This document shows positions 31,102-42,200 of a stretch of DNA of 64,000 nucleotides, piece after piece. Position numbers and translations under genes: made by a program. Positions within the stretch are counted from its first letter, which is position 1. Each line of letters starts with the position of its first letter. Origin of the DNA: Trichoplax adhaerens (lineage: Eukaryota; Animalia; Placozoa); contig NW_002060981.1 in NCBI RefSeq assembly GCF_000150275.1, forward strand, positions 62,001 through 126,000, written 5' to 3'. The notes beneath the pieces are model-generated. The model saw only the letters and a program-made list of their open reading frames with translations, was not told where the DNA came from and did no database searches.

Positions 31102-32958
31102 TTACTGTAAAAACAGAAAAAACAACAGTTAGTATTGAAATAGATTGCTATTGTCAAGATTAAATTACCTAGTAATCTATTGGGTATCAAGGTGCATAGC
31201 TACTAAGTCATGAATTAAGTTATAGAGTCTAAGTACGCCTATCCATTATTCAATTTTAGGATATATTGTTACCATAGCTAACACATACTGTATACAGTAT
31301 ACGTTGAGGACATTTAAGCTAATACTGCAATCTCTACCCTATCTGTGGTACAGTAATAGTTATAGTTAGTATTAATGTTCTGAACATACCTTCTTCTTGC
31401 CAGCACCAACTTTAGCTTTGGCAGTACCACGTACTTTCTTTTGTCTGTTCTTTCTCTCCTTACGTTGTTTCCTAGAAGCCCTTTTCCTCTCCAAGAAACC
31501 CAACTGATCAAATAAGAATAAATTTTACATTAATATCCTTGATGTTATAATTCAATTTACTTCAAGGTCTATCAACGCTATATTTGTGATAACTCAATTC
31601 CATCAATTGAAAAATTTAAATCTTAATTCAAGTTTTGTAGCTCGATCAATAATATTGTAACAGCAACTAATTTTTACGATCACGTAATCAGTATTGACTG
31701 ACAACTTACCCGAACCAAACGATGCTTGGGCTCAAATTTTTTAAGATAATCTAAATTATCGTAGATAACGGCGAAACCAGTGCTTTTACCACCACCAAAT
31801 ATTGTCTTGAATCCAAAGCAGATTATATGATCTGCAGCACATTTGTACATTTGAGCTAATCTTTCCTTAACGACAGTCTTTTTTACGGTAGCTTTACCAG
31901 GATGGAGGACATCTACGACCTAAATAGTTATTAGGCGAAATTTAATTTCATAGTATCGTCCAATACAAAACATATCGAAAATCCTGCTATAGAGTAGCAA
32001 TAAAACTGGTAGATCAGTATGAGCACTAAAGGATAACCATAACTCAAAAATGTGCAGGATAATCACCCTAATATGGCCGACCCCGCCAACACTGGTACTG
32101 GCTAGGACCGTTATTGTAGTTACCAGAGTTGCAAATTACAATACTTTCATACTGAACTGCCCCTGAACTAAATGCATTATCCAATCTAACTTAGTTCAGA
32201 AATAGCCTTCAAAAAAAGCTTTCGTAGGGGATACTATATCATTAAGATGTTATGTAACTAAACTGCAAATTACTGATATGACTGCAAGGTAAATAGAATA
32301 CTAACTATAGGATGAGTTTACAGGAATCCATCAATGCCATCTTCTCTCAGCTAAAATGGAATCGCCTCTGCAAACTGCTCTTATACCCACCGATTAATAG
32401 TAGTTACTCACTATGGATATTTTCTATTACTGTTGTACTCTATTCTGTATTCAAAAAATGATGTAGTGTACCAATCACAATTTAACGTTTACACTATAAC
32501 AGAGGCAGAGAACACTTACCATTTGCTTGCGATTCAACAAGCGGTTGGTCATAAACTTGCGGGTTCGAATTGTGATAGCACCTTCGCTCTACATCATGAT
32601 AATAGTAAGATAACATAAGTGCAATTTCAAGATCGAAAATGACTACAACATCAAAAAAGCCTATTTCGACATAATTAGGATCATTTGAAGCAATCTGTAT
32701 TGCAATTCATGTTGACTAGCAAGCAATCTCTCAAGCCATGATTACTACAACATGACTAGGACTTAGGATGTGTAAGTTGAAAATCGATACAATGAATATT
32801 ATCGTTCATCACACTATTCAATCTTGAATTAAATAATAAAAAATTCAAACCGAACGAAACAATAAGTTTTTTTCTTGAAGTTAACATCAAATGAAGGCTA
32901 ACTAATGCAGGATTAATTGGATATTGGATGGATTCGTATACGATCGGCTACTCACCAT
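31102..32958 (-). CDS. RPS24: 40S ribosomal protein S24 (eS24)
   Basis: Exons 32958-32956 (ATG only), 32588-32520 ([23 protein letters not shown]), 31919-31710 ([12 protein letters not shown]...[14 protein letters not shown]...FEPKHRLVR), 31503-31390 ([28 protein letters not shown]), 31104-31102 (TAA only). Confidence 0.97.
32014..32199 (-). ncRNA. Candidate structured intronic RNA element in RPS24 intron 2
   Basis: A 9-bp closing stem (32147-32155 with 32014-32022) encloses three hairpins, two of them with sense-strand G-U pairs. An extra 9-bp hairpin lies at 32163-32199. Confidence 0.45.
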
Positions 32959-32981
32959 TTTGAAAACGTTGGATCGGAACT

Positions 32982-33170
32982 GAAAAGAAACGGCCTTATC
33001 ACGCGTGAACTATTAATCATGCGCAATGGACAGTACAGAACAATGGCTCTTGTTCAATACAGTACAGTACAGTACTGTAAATAATGATACTTAGTATTGT
33101 ACTGGACTGTACTGTGTACTGTAGTGATCGTACTGGTAGAAGACCAGTATTCGTTAAAGGGGCGTGGCAA
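32982..33170. promoter_or_regulatory. RPS24 promoter region with 5'TOP/TCT-type start, possibly bidirectional
   Basis: Minus-strand TTTCTTTTC tract (32982-32990) about 25-30 nt before the ATG. Palindrome TCACGCGTGA (32999-33008), ATGCGCA (33019), CAGTA/TACTG tracts (33050-33135), GC-box GGGGCGTGGC (33159-33168). Confidence 0.6.
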
Positions 33171-34685
33171 GCTCTCTAAAATGGTCGAAAGATGTCTCAG
33201 CTATAGTATTGCTTTAAATTATGTCTTTCAATGGTGAAGAAATGGACTTTCAATTTGGCTCCAATTCTATGCAGACAGATCAGTATAACCTTGAGCAATT
33301 AGCTCTTGATATGTTGATTACTTTTTATCGCAGTATTGAGTAATTCTATTTCTTTCAAGTTTCTCATACAAACTATCAGTCGCTCTTACATGTTCGGTTA
33401 CTCCAATCATTTTACAACTCACACCGTAATACCGGTCAGTACTGCATGCGTAGGTATGGCAGTGCATGAGCCTTCTGTCGACGACATCTGTTGCATAAAT
33501 TGGAAATTTGCACAATTTGACCATTTATCATGCCAACTTAAGATAATTAATTCACTAGTAGCGTAACTATATGCTAGTGTTTTCAGAGTGGATAAGAAGG
33601 AAGACGCAAAACAATAGCGTACTGTATGCTACAATGATACTGTCATACTCCACTCTAGCTAGCCTGTGCTGCACACTGCTTTGATACAAGCATATTAATC
33701 TTGCGCAAATGGCGTACAGTATTTGCGGTTGGACATCACATCTAGTCATCTACTATTTTGATAAATAAATTAAACTTTTTATAAATTAAGGGATATTTGC
33801 TTTTCTACCAGGCTCTGAGTTACTTTGTACTCCACTTGGGGTTAGTCCTTATATATCGTACTTTTGACTCATTTTTACACACATATTTCACGTACGTAGC
33901 TAAGTTGCAGTTAACTTATGCATTCATTCAAGGCAAGTAAATAAGTGAAAATTTTACAGTGCAGGTTCTTGCACAACTTGAGATTTACTGTTAGAATGCA
34001 TTAGCACTACTAGAATTTTAGCTATCTATTGAATAATCGTGTAAGCCACCAATTGCATATTGTACATGCTGAAGCCGTACCGTAACATCTGACTGAGCGA
34101 GGTCGTCAGTTCAGGCCAAATACAATACTGTATATCTATAAGTTATGAGCTATCATGAGTAACTCATCCAATCATGTAGCCCACCATTCCAAAGATCTTG
34201 AAACAAGTAACCTTAAATTGTATTGTATATCAGAAACAGAACTTCTCATTGATCGTAATCATTCAATTCAATAAGCAACCATGGTCAAGACTGATAAAAC
34301 AACGTGTAATCAACATGAATAGCAAGGGTATCGAATGCATTATAACTTCGAAATCAACAGAGGACTTGATCCATTCATAAATAAAAGTTTAGAAAATTTA
34401 TTTACACATTGCAAAGTTGGCCAAGTCAATATCATAACAGCAAATATTAAATTAATTCAGATAAGGTCGATACAATTCATTAGCTGTCTCACTACAGTAG
34501 TAGTATTTGAATGATATACAGTATTTATTTATAAATCTGGATGAAAGTGTAGCCTTTACACTTTACACAGCGTATCGCGTTTTTAAGGCTAGATTATTTC
34601 GAATTTTCATACAGGGCAAGAAGGTCTTATTCTTAATTTAGGACATTCTCATTGCAGAATAACAATAACAGTGACATCATTTCCT

Positions 34686-35883
34686 CTACCTTCTTTGAGT
34701 GCGTTTATCGTAGCGCCTTAAAACAGAATTAATGACCTCTGCAGTGTTCTTTGAGCTGGCGTCAGTAGTCATCTCTTTCTCCTTACTTTGTTGCTAAAAA
34801 AGTATCAATGATCAATCGTTTCAATTTACCTGAGATACATACACATGAGTGGTTTTCAAGCATACGCACTACAACTAACAATTTTTTAATCTTGAATAAA
34901 TACATTACAGTTCAATGAAACAAACTTACAGCTGCAACTTGGTTCGTACATGCCATGAATGCTGTAATTTCCTTTCCACAAGCACTATCTTGAAACTCAT
35001 TCTCCTTCCAACACGTCATTAACGCAGCCATTTCATGAAGGCACGTAGCATCTTTACAACATACAGATAGCATTGTTAAAGCAGAATTTATGTACGAAAT
35101 GCCCTTCATTAAATATGAATTTACAATCAAGTATTATTAAATAACAGCAACTAGCGCGAATTCAACGTTGTACAGTTATTTGCAGCTTTCAATTTTAAGC
35201 ACTTTATGTCCATTCTTAAATGAAAGATTTTCTATTTTATCAAAAGCATCGATGGCTTTCCTGTTTATTCTGGTGGTTACAGAGGATACCTCAATTTGAC
35301 TAGAGCTATGTCGGTACTTTAATAGCTGAGATAAAAGGGCTGTCAAAATGATTTAGGCGTTTCTGATGGTACAGTATACTCGTCTAGGACATAAATTATC
35401 GGATCGACGAGGTGATCCAATTTATGCTGTAACTTATTTTGAATATTCCGACTTTGAGATAGTATAATAGGCAAAACTTGAACCTAGACAACACTTGTAA
35501 TTAATGTCATCATTACGAGTGTAGACAAGTACAACTGTCAGCAGACGATACAAAGTCTATCATACTTTAATTTGCACTCGGATCAATTGCAGTGAAATAG
35601 AACTGATCCTTGCATTGTAGACAGTATGCAGCAGCAATATTAATGAACGAGCTTCTGCAACAAGCAACGGAATCCCCCAACGGTATAACAGTACTGTACT
35701 ATACAACATATAAAGTCTTCAAGATTTACATCACTCATGAATAAAGCGAAGTTTGATCATACATATCTAATGTTACTCACTGCCAACATTACTGCCAGTA
35801 TTGGAAATGTAAGGCCTCAATTTCATTTCTTTGATGAGACCTTTAACTCTTTTCTTGCACAATGCGCGTGTAACTTGCACCAT
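34686..35883 (-). CDS. CHCHD1: CHCHD1 / mitoribosomal mS37, twin CX9C protein
   Basis: Exons 35883-35781, 35051-34930, 34793-34686, phase-consistent. ATCLHEMAALMTCWKENEFQDSACGKEITAFMAC is the CHCHD1 twin-CX9C signature. Basic N-terminus. Confidence 0.92.
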
Positions 35884-36039
35884 GATTCCTTTCTACCAGC
35901 TGTGTCTTGCTCGAGCTGCAAGGAAAAACTCCTTTAAGGTCACTTCAGCTCTACCCTAGCCTACCTTCGGTCAGGGACTGTTGCAAGACTACTATTCTAT
36001 ACAGAATAAGGGGGGGCCGTATCCTTTTTCCTCTCATTC

Positions 36040-36280
36040 CACTACAGTACCACAGCAACCGTCTAGACTGTACACTGTACAGTATTGTACTGTAGCCTAT
36101 GCGCAATCGCAGACAGTCTATCCATCGTTTCAGATATTGAGTTGAAATGACCAGTAAAATCGCCCATCCCTGCACTTTTGACTATACTGAATCAGCGTTT
36201 TTAAAATCGCCCATCCCCGCACTTTTGACTATACTGAATCAGCGTTTCGTGTCCTATCTTTCCTTTCGTCGTCGGTATGC
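36040..36280. promoter_or_regulatory. Bidirectional promoter region: CHCHD1 (minus) and a plus-strand transcript with a TOP-like start
   Basis: TACTG/CAGTA tracts (36045-36095), ATGCGCA (36099), pyrimidine tract TCTTTCCTTTC (36257-36267) followed by donor G|GTATGC at 36275. Confidence 0.5.
36155..36247. repeat. 47-bp tandem duplication with one mismatch
   Basis: TAAAATCGCCCATCCC(T/C)GCACTTTTGACTATACTGAATCAGCGTTT at 36155 and 36202. Confidence 0.95.
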
Positions 36281-36784
36281 CTAAAATAAAACGTGTCGTA
36301 CAGTACGTGTACATTGTACAATGCAGCGTGTCGTACATCCGACCGGCTGTCCGTAAATGGAAAGCAGAGTCTTCAATCTCTATCAGCTAGTTGCTCTACT
36401 CTAGCGTTGCAATCGGCATGTTTAGTGCCCTAAAATTGCGATGGCCTATCATTTCATCGGCCATTCTACTAATTCTACTTTACTCTACTACTCAAACCGT
36501 CGACTGCACTATCCAAAACCAATCTTAGAATTGTCTTCTATACAATATTCGTACATAGGATAGTTCATTGCAATCCTATAAATTCATGCGACATAGTCAC
36601 TGTGACCATGGTAATGGATGAGCATGGATACCATTTCAGCTTCAGTTACATCCTGGCAGTTTAGAAGTCCATAGCTAGTCTTACGATCACATAAGGAAGA
36701 AGTTCGAAAGTGTAGTAGAGTATAGCTTTGGTTAATGATTCCATTCCTACTGATCTTTATGATGTAGAAATAGTTTTGAATCCA

Positions 36785-36970
36785 TGACCAACACTGGATT
36801 GCAACATAGCTGATCATTACCCTCCAATTCCTCATTTGGTCAAATTACGGCATGAAGAATTGTTTTCTTGAGTCCATGGCTAGGAAAGGAGAGAACAGAT
36901 AAAGTTATTGCAGAGTTGAAGTTCAACTGCAGTCATTTCATTCCCTTTGATCTCTACCTTAGCCACATTA
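36785..36970 (+). ncRNA. Candidate intronic H/ACA box snoRNA/scaRNA
   Basis: Hairpin 1 (TGACCAA 36785-91 with TTGGTCA 36836-42), H box AAATTA (36842-47), hairpin 2 (TGGCTAGG 36877-84 with CTTAGCCA 36958-65), ACA (36965-67), splice acceptor at 36989. Pocket elements are complementary to recalled 18S and U2 sequences. Confidence 0.45.
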
Positions 36971-37793
36971 GGAATTTTTCATTTTGTAGGCCTTGAATAA
37001 TGCTGGAATGAATTAAGCAAAGGGCATGAACGCATACATGAAATGCCTGTATCCCTTCTAATCTCTATCAGTGTCAAGCTTTTGCAGTAATTACTATTCT
37101 AGATGCCATAGCCAATGTTGGAATGGATTGCATAAAGGATATCAGAATAGAGTCATGTTAGAGTATAAATAGGATAATACCGTTCCCTCTGATGTTTATT
37201 ATAGCCAACCTAGTAATAATTACTTGCAGTCTAGGACTAACGTTGGCATTAATTAGATCAAGAATATAACTGTATATTAGAAATCAATTTGATTATTACA
37301 ACTGTAAGAGTTAGGTAGAGTATTTGTGTGAATTATTTTCTATTGAGCTACTATCACGCGGAAACTATAAATTGTTTCTTCTTACTTCACGGCTAGAAAT
37401 AAAATTTTTTTTATGCCGTAAGGGTATGGTACAGCAAGAATAATTATGCCCTCACATCGTCATCACGGTTTATTGCTCCATGGTTAGATTGCTATAATGT
37501 TGATTTAAGAGACATCAGAATATGATAGAATATGAATTAAATAACTCCTTCAGATCTCTATTGTAGTAAAACCACTAATTAAGTCTGATCTAATCTGCAT
37601 GAAAGAGAGTAACGCATGTGCAGTATACTGAACAGAATATTAATGAATTAGTTACATTTCCTTTCTATATTCGTTGTACTAACCTGATGACTAAATCTCC
37701 ACTGATGAAGTAATCACGGTTGTATAAGAACAATAACCTCCAGAACGATTTGATAATATTGCAGAACGAAGCCAGAGTACCAGTAAAGTAAAA

Positions 37794-39256
37794 ATGGAGA
37801 AACATGAAGAGGATGCTATTAAGGAATGTTGGTCCGAACTTGTTAAGTCCATGCCGGTAGACCATATGAAAAATAAGCTATTTTCGAAGCGTATATTAGA
37901 GATATCTGATCTTGAAGCTATTGACGCTATGAATACTACTAATAAAAAAAACCAAGAAATTCTAAAATTAGTAACGCGATCACAATCTCCTGAAACCTAT
38001 AATATTTTCATTACTGCTTTGAGGGAAATCCCAACTAGAAATAATATCTTAGCGGACATGGTTGAAAAATGTAATAAAAAGAGCGTATCTTATAACTCAA
38101 GCAGCAATACTGCGTCTGCCAATATAAATGCAGACCAAACAGGTAAGCTTAATCGTAGGTTTAATATTAGTTGTTGGAAAAAATAAAACAATTTCACTAC
38201 GGTATGCGATAAATCCGTTGCTATCTATCAATCTATTACTAATTATATATTTTTAAGGACTAATTGTGATAGCAGAAATCATAAAATCAATTACTGCAAA
38301 TAAAGATAGTATTCGTTAATCAGATAACAAGATTACACCATGTTTGTCTAATGTTTAATATTAATATTGTAAATGATGAAACCAAGTTAGTCATAAATCT
38401 CATAGAATATCAGTAATGATTTCGCTATTACCGCATACTTCAATCTTGATAGCGCTCACTAGTTCGAGCAATCAGATAAAATTTAAACCATATTGATGTT
38501 ACATGATTTTATTTATCGGTTGTTTAACATTGTTTATTTAAACTGATATTACAGACTCTGTTGGAGTTGACAAATCCTCTGCTTGCGGTGAGAAATGGGA
38601 CGTCTTTTTGAGTTATTCGTGGAATAATAAAGACGAAGTAAAGAAAATTAAGAGTTACTTGGAACAGCAAAAGTGGACAGTTTGGATAGATGATGATCGT
38701 GTTGCAGGTGGTCAGAAATTGGATTCAGTTCTTTCAAATGGAATTGAGGCATGCAAGGTAAAATCATGAAGAACGTCGACAACCAGTACTCGCTACTACA
38801 TCGTAGGCTATTTTTCAGCGACAATATTACCTCTGAATAGGCTCTGATTCTGTAACTAATTGCTGATCCAATAAGTTGATGCACAGTTTTAGATCACTAC
38901 TTACTTTTTGCTTTTGATTAACTTCGATCTTTAATTCTGGCTAGGTGTTCGTTCCGTGCTTAAGTAGATCGTATGCTAATTCCGATAACTGTTACAGTGA
39001 ATTGTCACATGCTAAAGACCTCAAAAAGTTTATTATACCAATCGTTCTTGGTGATGTGGATCCTAAAAACGGTGGTCTTAAAGGCAAAAATGGTGACCTA
39101 AATTTTAAAATCACTGGCCTTACGTATATTAAGATAAAAGACTTTGAAGATAAAGCAACGACGAATAAAAAACTAAATGATTTAAATAAGGCAGTACATC
39201 GCCGATTAATAGGATATGATGAAGAAGCATCCAGCGTCAACACGCCATACAAGTAA
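37794..39256 (+). CDS. CARD (death-fold) + TIR (TIR_2/SARM-like) protein, 287 aa
   Basis: Exons 37794-38142, 38555-38757, 38945-39256, GT-AG and phase-consistent. The N-terminus has a CARD-like helical pattern (ELVKSM..KLFSKRIL..LEAI..T.NKKNQEILKLV..TYNIFITAL). TIR: WDVFLSYSW, VWID...GG, GIEACKVFVPCLSRSYANSDNCYSEL, IIPIVL. Confidence 0.9.
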
Positions 39257-42200
39257 ATATTATTTACTTCTTTTAATACACTGCAGTCAATATACGTATA
39301 ATTTAGCTGCGGAATAGCCGAAAGCTACCAGAACCATTGAAAGCTAGACTGCATGAAATACATATGCTTTTCGATTTACTGTACTTGTTAAGATAAGTAA
39401 AATTTTAAGTGCGATAAAGGATTCTTCGATCTATAGCGAATATGGCATTTACGATATATTATTATTAATCGCGCAGTTTACCAATAATTATAATGTAGGG
39501 TACTCTAGATACTAAACAACTTGCTACAACATTTTATGGTTAGATTAGTTATGTAACATACTACATTTAGTTGAATAGATGCAACTCTGATATGCATTTC
39601 ATACTCAGCCGTACATAAGCATCGTTCTATTCAGACCTTTGCAATAAAAGGCTTTAGGATGCAATTGCAGCGAAATCATGATATTATACAAGATTATAAT
39701 ATTATGGCGTATCGATTTTTACGTTTATTTGTTAATTTTAAATTCTGTAAGCAACATTTAGCTTTCTGTTGAAAGACCTTGTGTAAGTATAAACCAGTTT
39801 TATGCTAAAGTAATACCTGAGTCATAACGTCATTACTCCATAGATTCCTACAGTTGCTTAGCTATTTACTGATTTTGATGTGATATAATTTATGTTAGGA
39901 CAATTACAATAGTTAGGTTGAAATGGTAAAAATGAGCATTTATTACCTTTAGCGTGTAGATATGCGATTTTTTTTATCCTTATATCCGGTATTTGTGATA
40001 TGAATAAATCGATCTTCTTAATTGCCGTTTCAATTCTTAACTACATCATAGAATGACAATGTAAGATATGCTATATCGATCCACTGTTCTAGAATCTATC
40101 CATTACTTTGTTAGTACAGTATATACTTGTATAATAGGAATTTGTGGTCGTTTTCCGATAGACAAGGATAGATAAAGCATTACAGAAAAGCAGATATTTT
40201 GCCAGCATTCCTCTGATTGGGATGCCTTATGCGTGTATACATTTTATCAACTTCGAATAGTAATAGGAGCTGTTTTAAGAGACAGTTCTGAACAATTGAG
40301 ATCACTAATGTTCTAGAGTCATTATTTTAAAAATGTTCTGCTTCTTAAGTCCAATCAAAGATACAGTTATAGTATTTTTTAAAGTATTAATGGCGTATCT
40401 TGCAATAGAAATTTAAAAGCATACATGATAATAGTCTCGAAGGATTAAGCAACAACTTCTATCAATCAATATCTATGATCTAGTTTCAAAATCTATGGCC
40501 TTTGGCATATAATCCATCTTTCCATATCATAGCTTCAATTATTAAGCGCGTACATTAAGCCTTTGCTTAAATCTATCCAAATCTTGTATTTTGTGATGTA
40601 AATGATAGACCGTTATACTATCTAGAATACTTCGATAAATTAGTCAATTCCATGTGATAGCAATTGTAACTGCATGATATTTAATTATAGTCTAGTAAAA
40701 TCGGTTTTAGCTTTTATTATTAAATAGTGATAAGATAGCATGAAGACACCGATGACTTTATAGTTTATTACAAAAATTCTATAAGATTTCCACTGCATAT
40801 ATGGCTTTTGATTTTTTAGGTTCCATAGCTTCTATTGATGGCCAGTATTACCATTGATTTTATAGTATTGTCCTAAGCCGTCTATGATTTTTATCAAGAT
40901 ATCAATCTTATGTCATTAGAAATGAAAAGGCTAAAAATATTTTCGCTAGAGCTTAATTAAATTAGCTTATAGCTTCCAATCTTGGATGATGGTGATATAC
41001 TGTAATATTAAATCGTCCACGATTTCCTAAAATCAAGATCATATGAATTGAAAATTTCAACTTTACAGTGCGTAGATTGATACCGGATGCAGCCAGACTA
41101 TATATAATCTCTGTTATGATGTAACGTTCTTAATATATTACTAATAGCAAGCCTAGTTTGCCTTCAACCTCTACTGTAATTTTTAATACAGATAGCTAGG
41201 TACAGACATTTTAACTATCAAGGAAATCATTGGTAACAATTAGTAGGTATTATGACCTGAAATTGAAGTAATAGTGACCTATATGATTTTATGTGATAGT
41301 ATTACAATATCGATTATGAATTTAGAATGACGGACCGATAATAGATAGATGCACCGGAATAATTTTAAGCCTGTAAAGCCTTAGATCGTTGATACTTTAT
41401 TGAAATTTAGAACTAGCGTGAATTCGTTCCTACCGGCAGAGCTTTCACACATGATCTAAGATGGTATATAGTGATTACCTTATTCACGTTACTTAATTTA
41501 AAGAAACTTTACGATAATTTCTTTGTGTTTAGAGAGAGGGAGATAGCTACCGTACCAACTCTTATAAATACTGTAAATTTAAAATATTTGCCTAAAATTA
41601 TTGCAAGACTAACCCAATACTTTTACTAAAGAGGATTCGTTCTAGATTAGATTTATAGTATATGAATATTTCTATCATTTTTCACATAAATATAAATACC
41701 CATACAATCTGGCAATGTTTATATTCCAAATCATTTCGTAGCATGTCATCCTACGGACATTAGAAAGCTGGTGACTTGTGGCTAAAGTTTTATAAATCAT
41801 GATGGAGATACTATCATAGACAATGGAAATTTAACACTGATGCTAAATAAAAGCTTTATTTACTCCAAGCCTTATTGAAAAATTAAATGAATTTATGGTT
41901 ATGTTAAATTACTTCAGATATTTCAGATCATTGTTATAGTAGATTACATTAGTGTTACGAGCTAAACAAAAAAACTAATCAAGCCTTCAGTTCCTATATC
42001 GCATAATAAATTGTCACATATTTTACGGAGACTTTGTTAATAGACATTTTGAAATCTATAAGCTAAATTTTTTCCCCTGGTCTAATGCCTTTACCTAATG
42101 TATCGTTATTCGCCTACTTGTTAATCATTTTTACTTCAGATACGATCAAGTCTTTTTCATATATAATAAGATTTTATGCAATATTGTAAGTCGAGTAGCT

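Noticed and set aside
32700-32812. C/D snoRNA in RPS24 intron 1 (C box GTGATGA at 32806-12)
   Set aside because: No CTGA D box at a suitable distance, no terminal stem and no clear antisense element.
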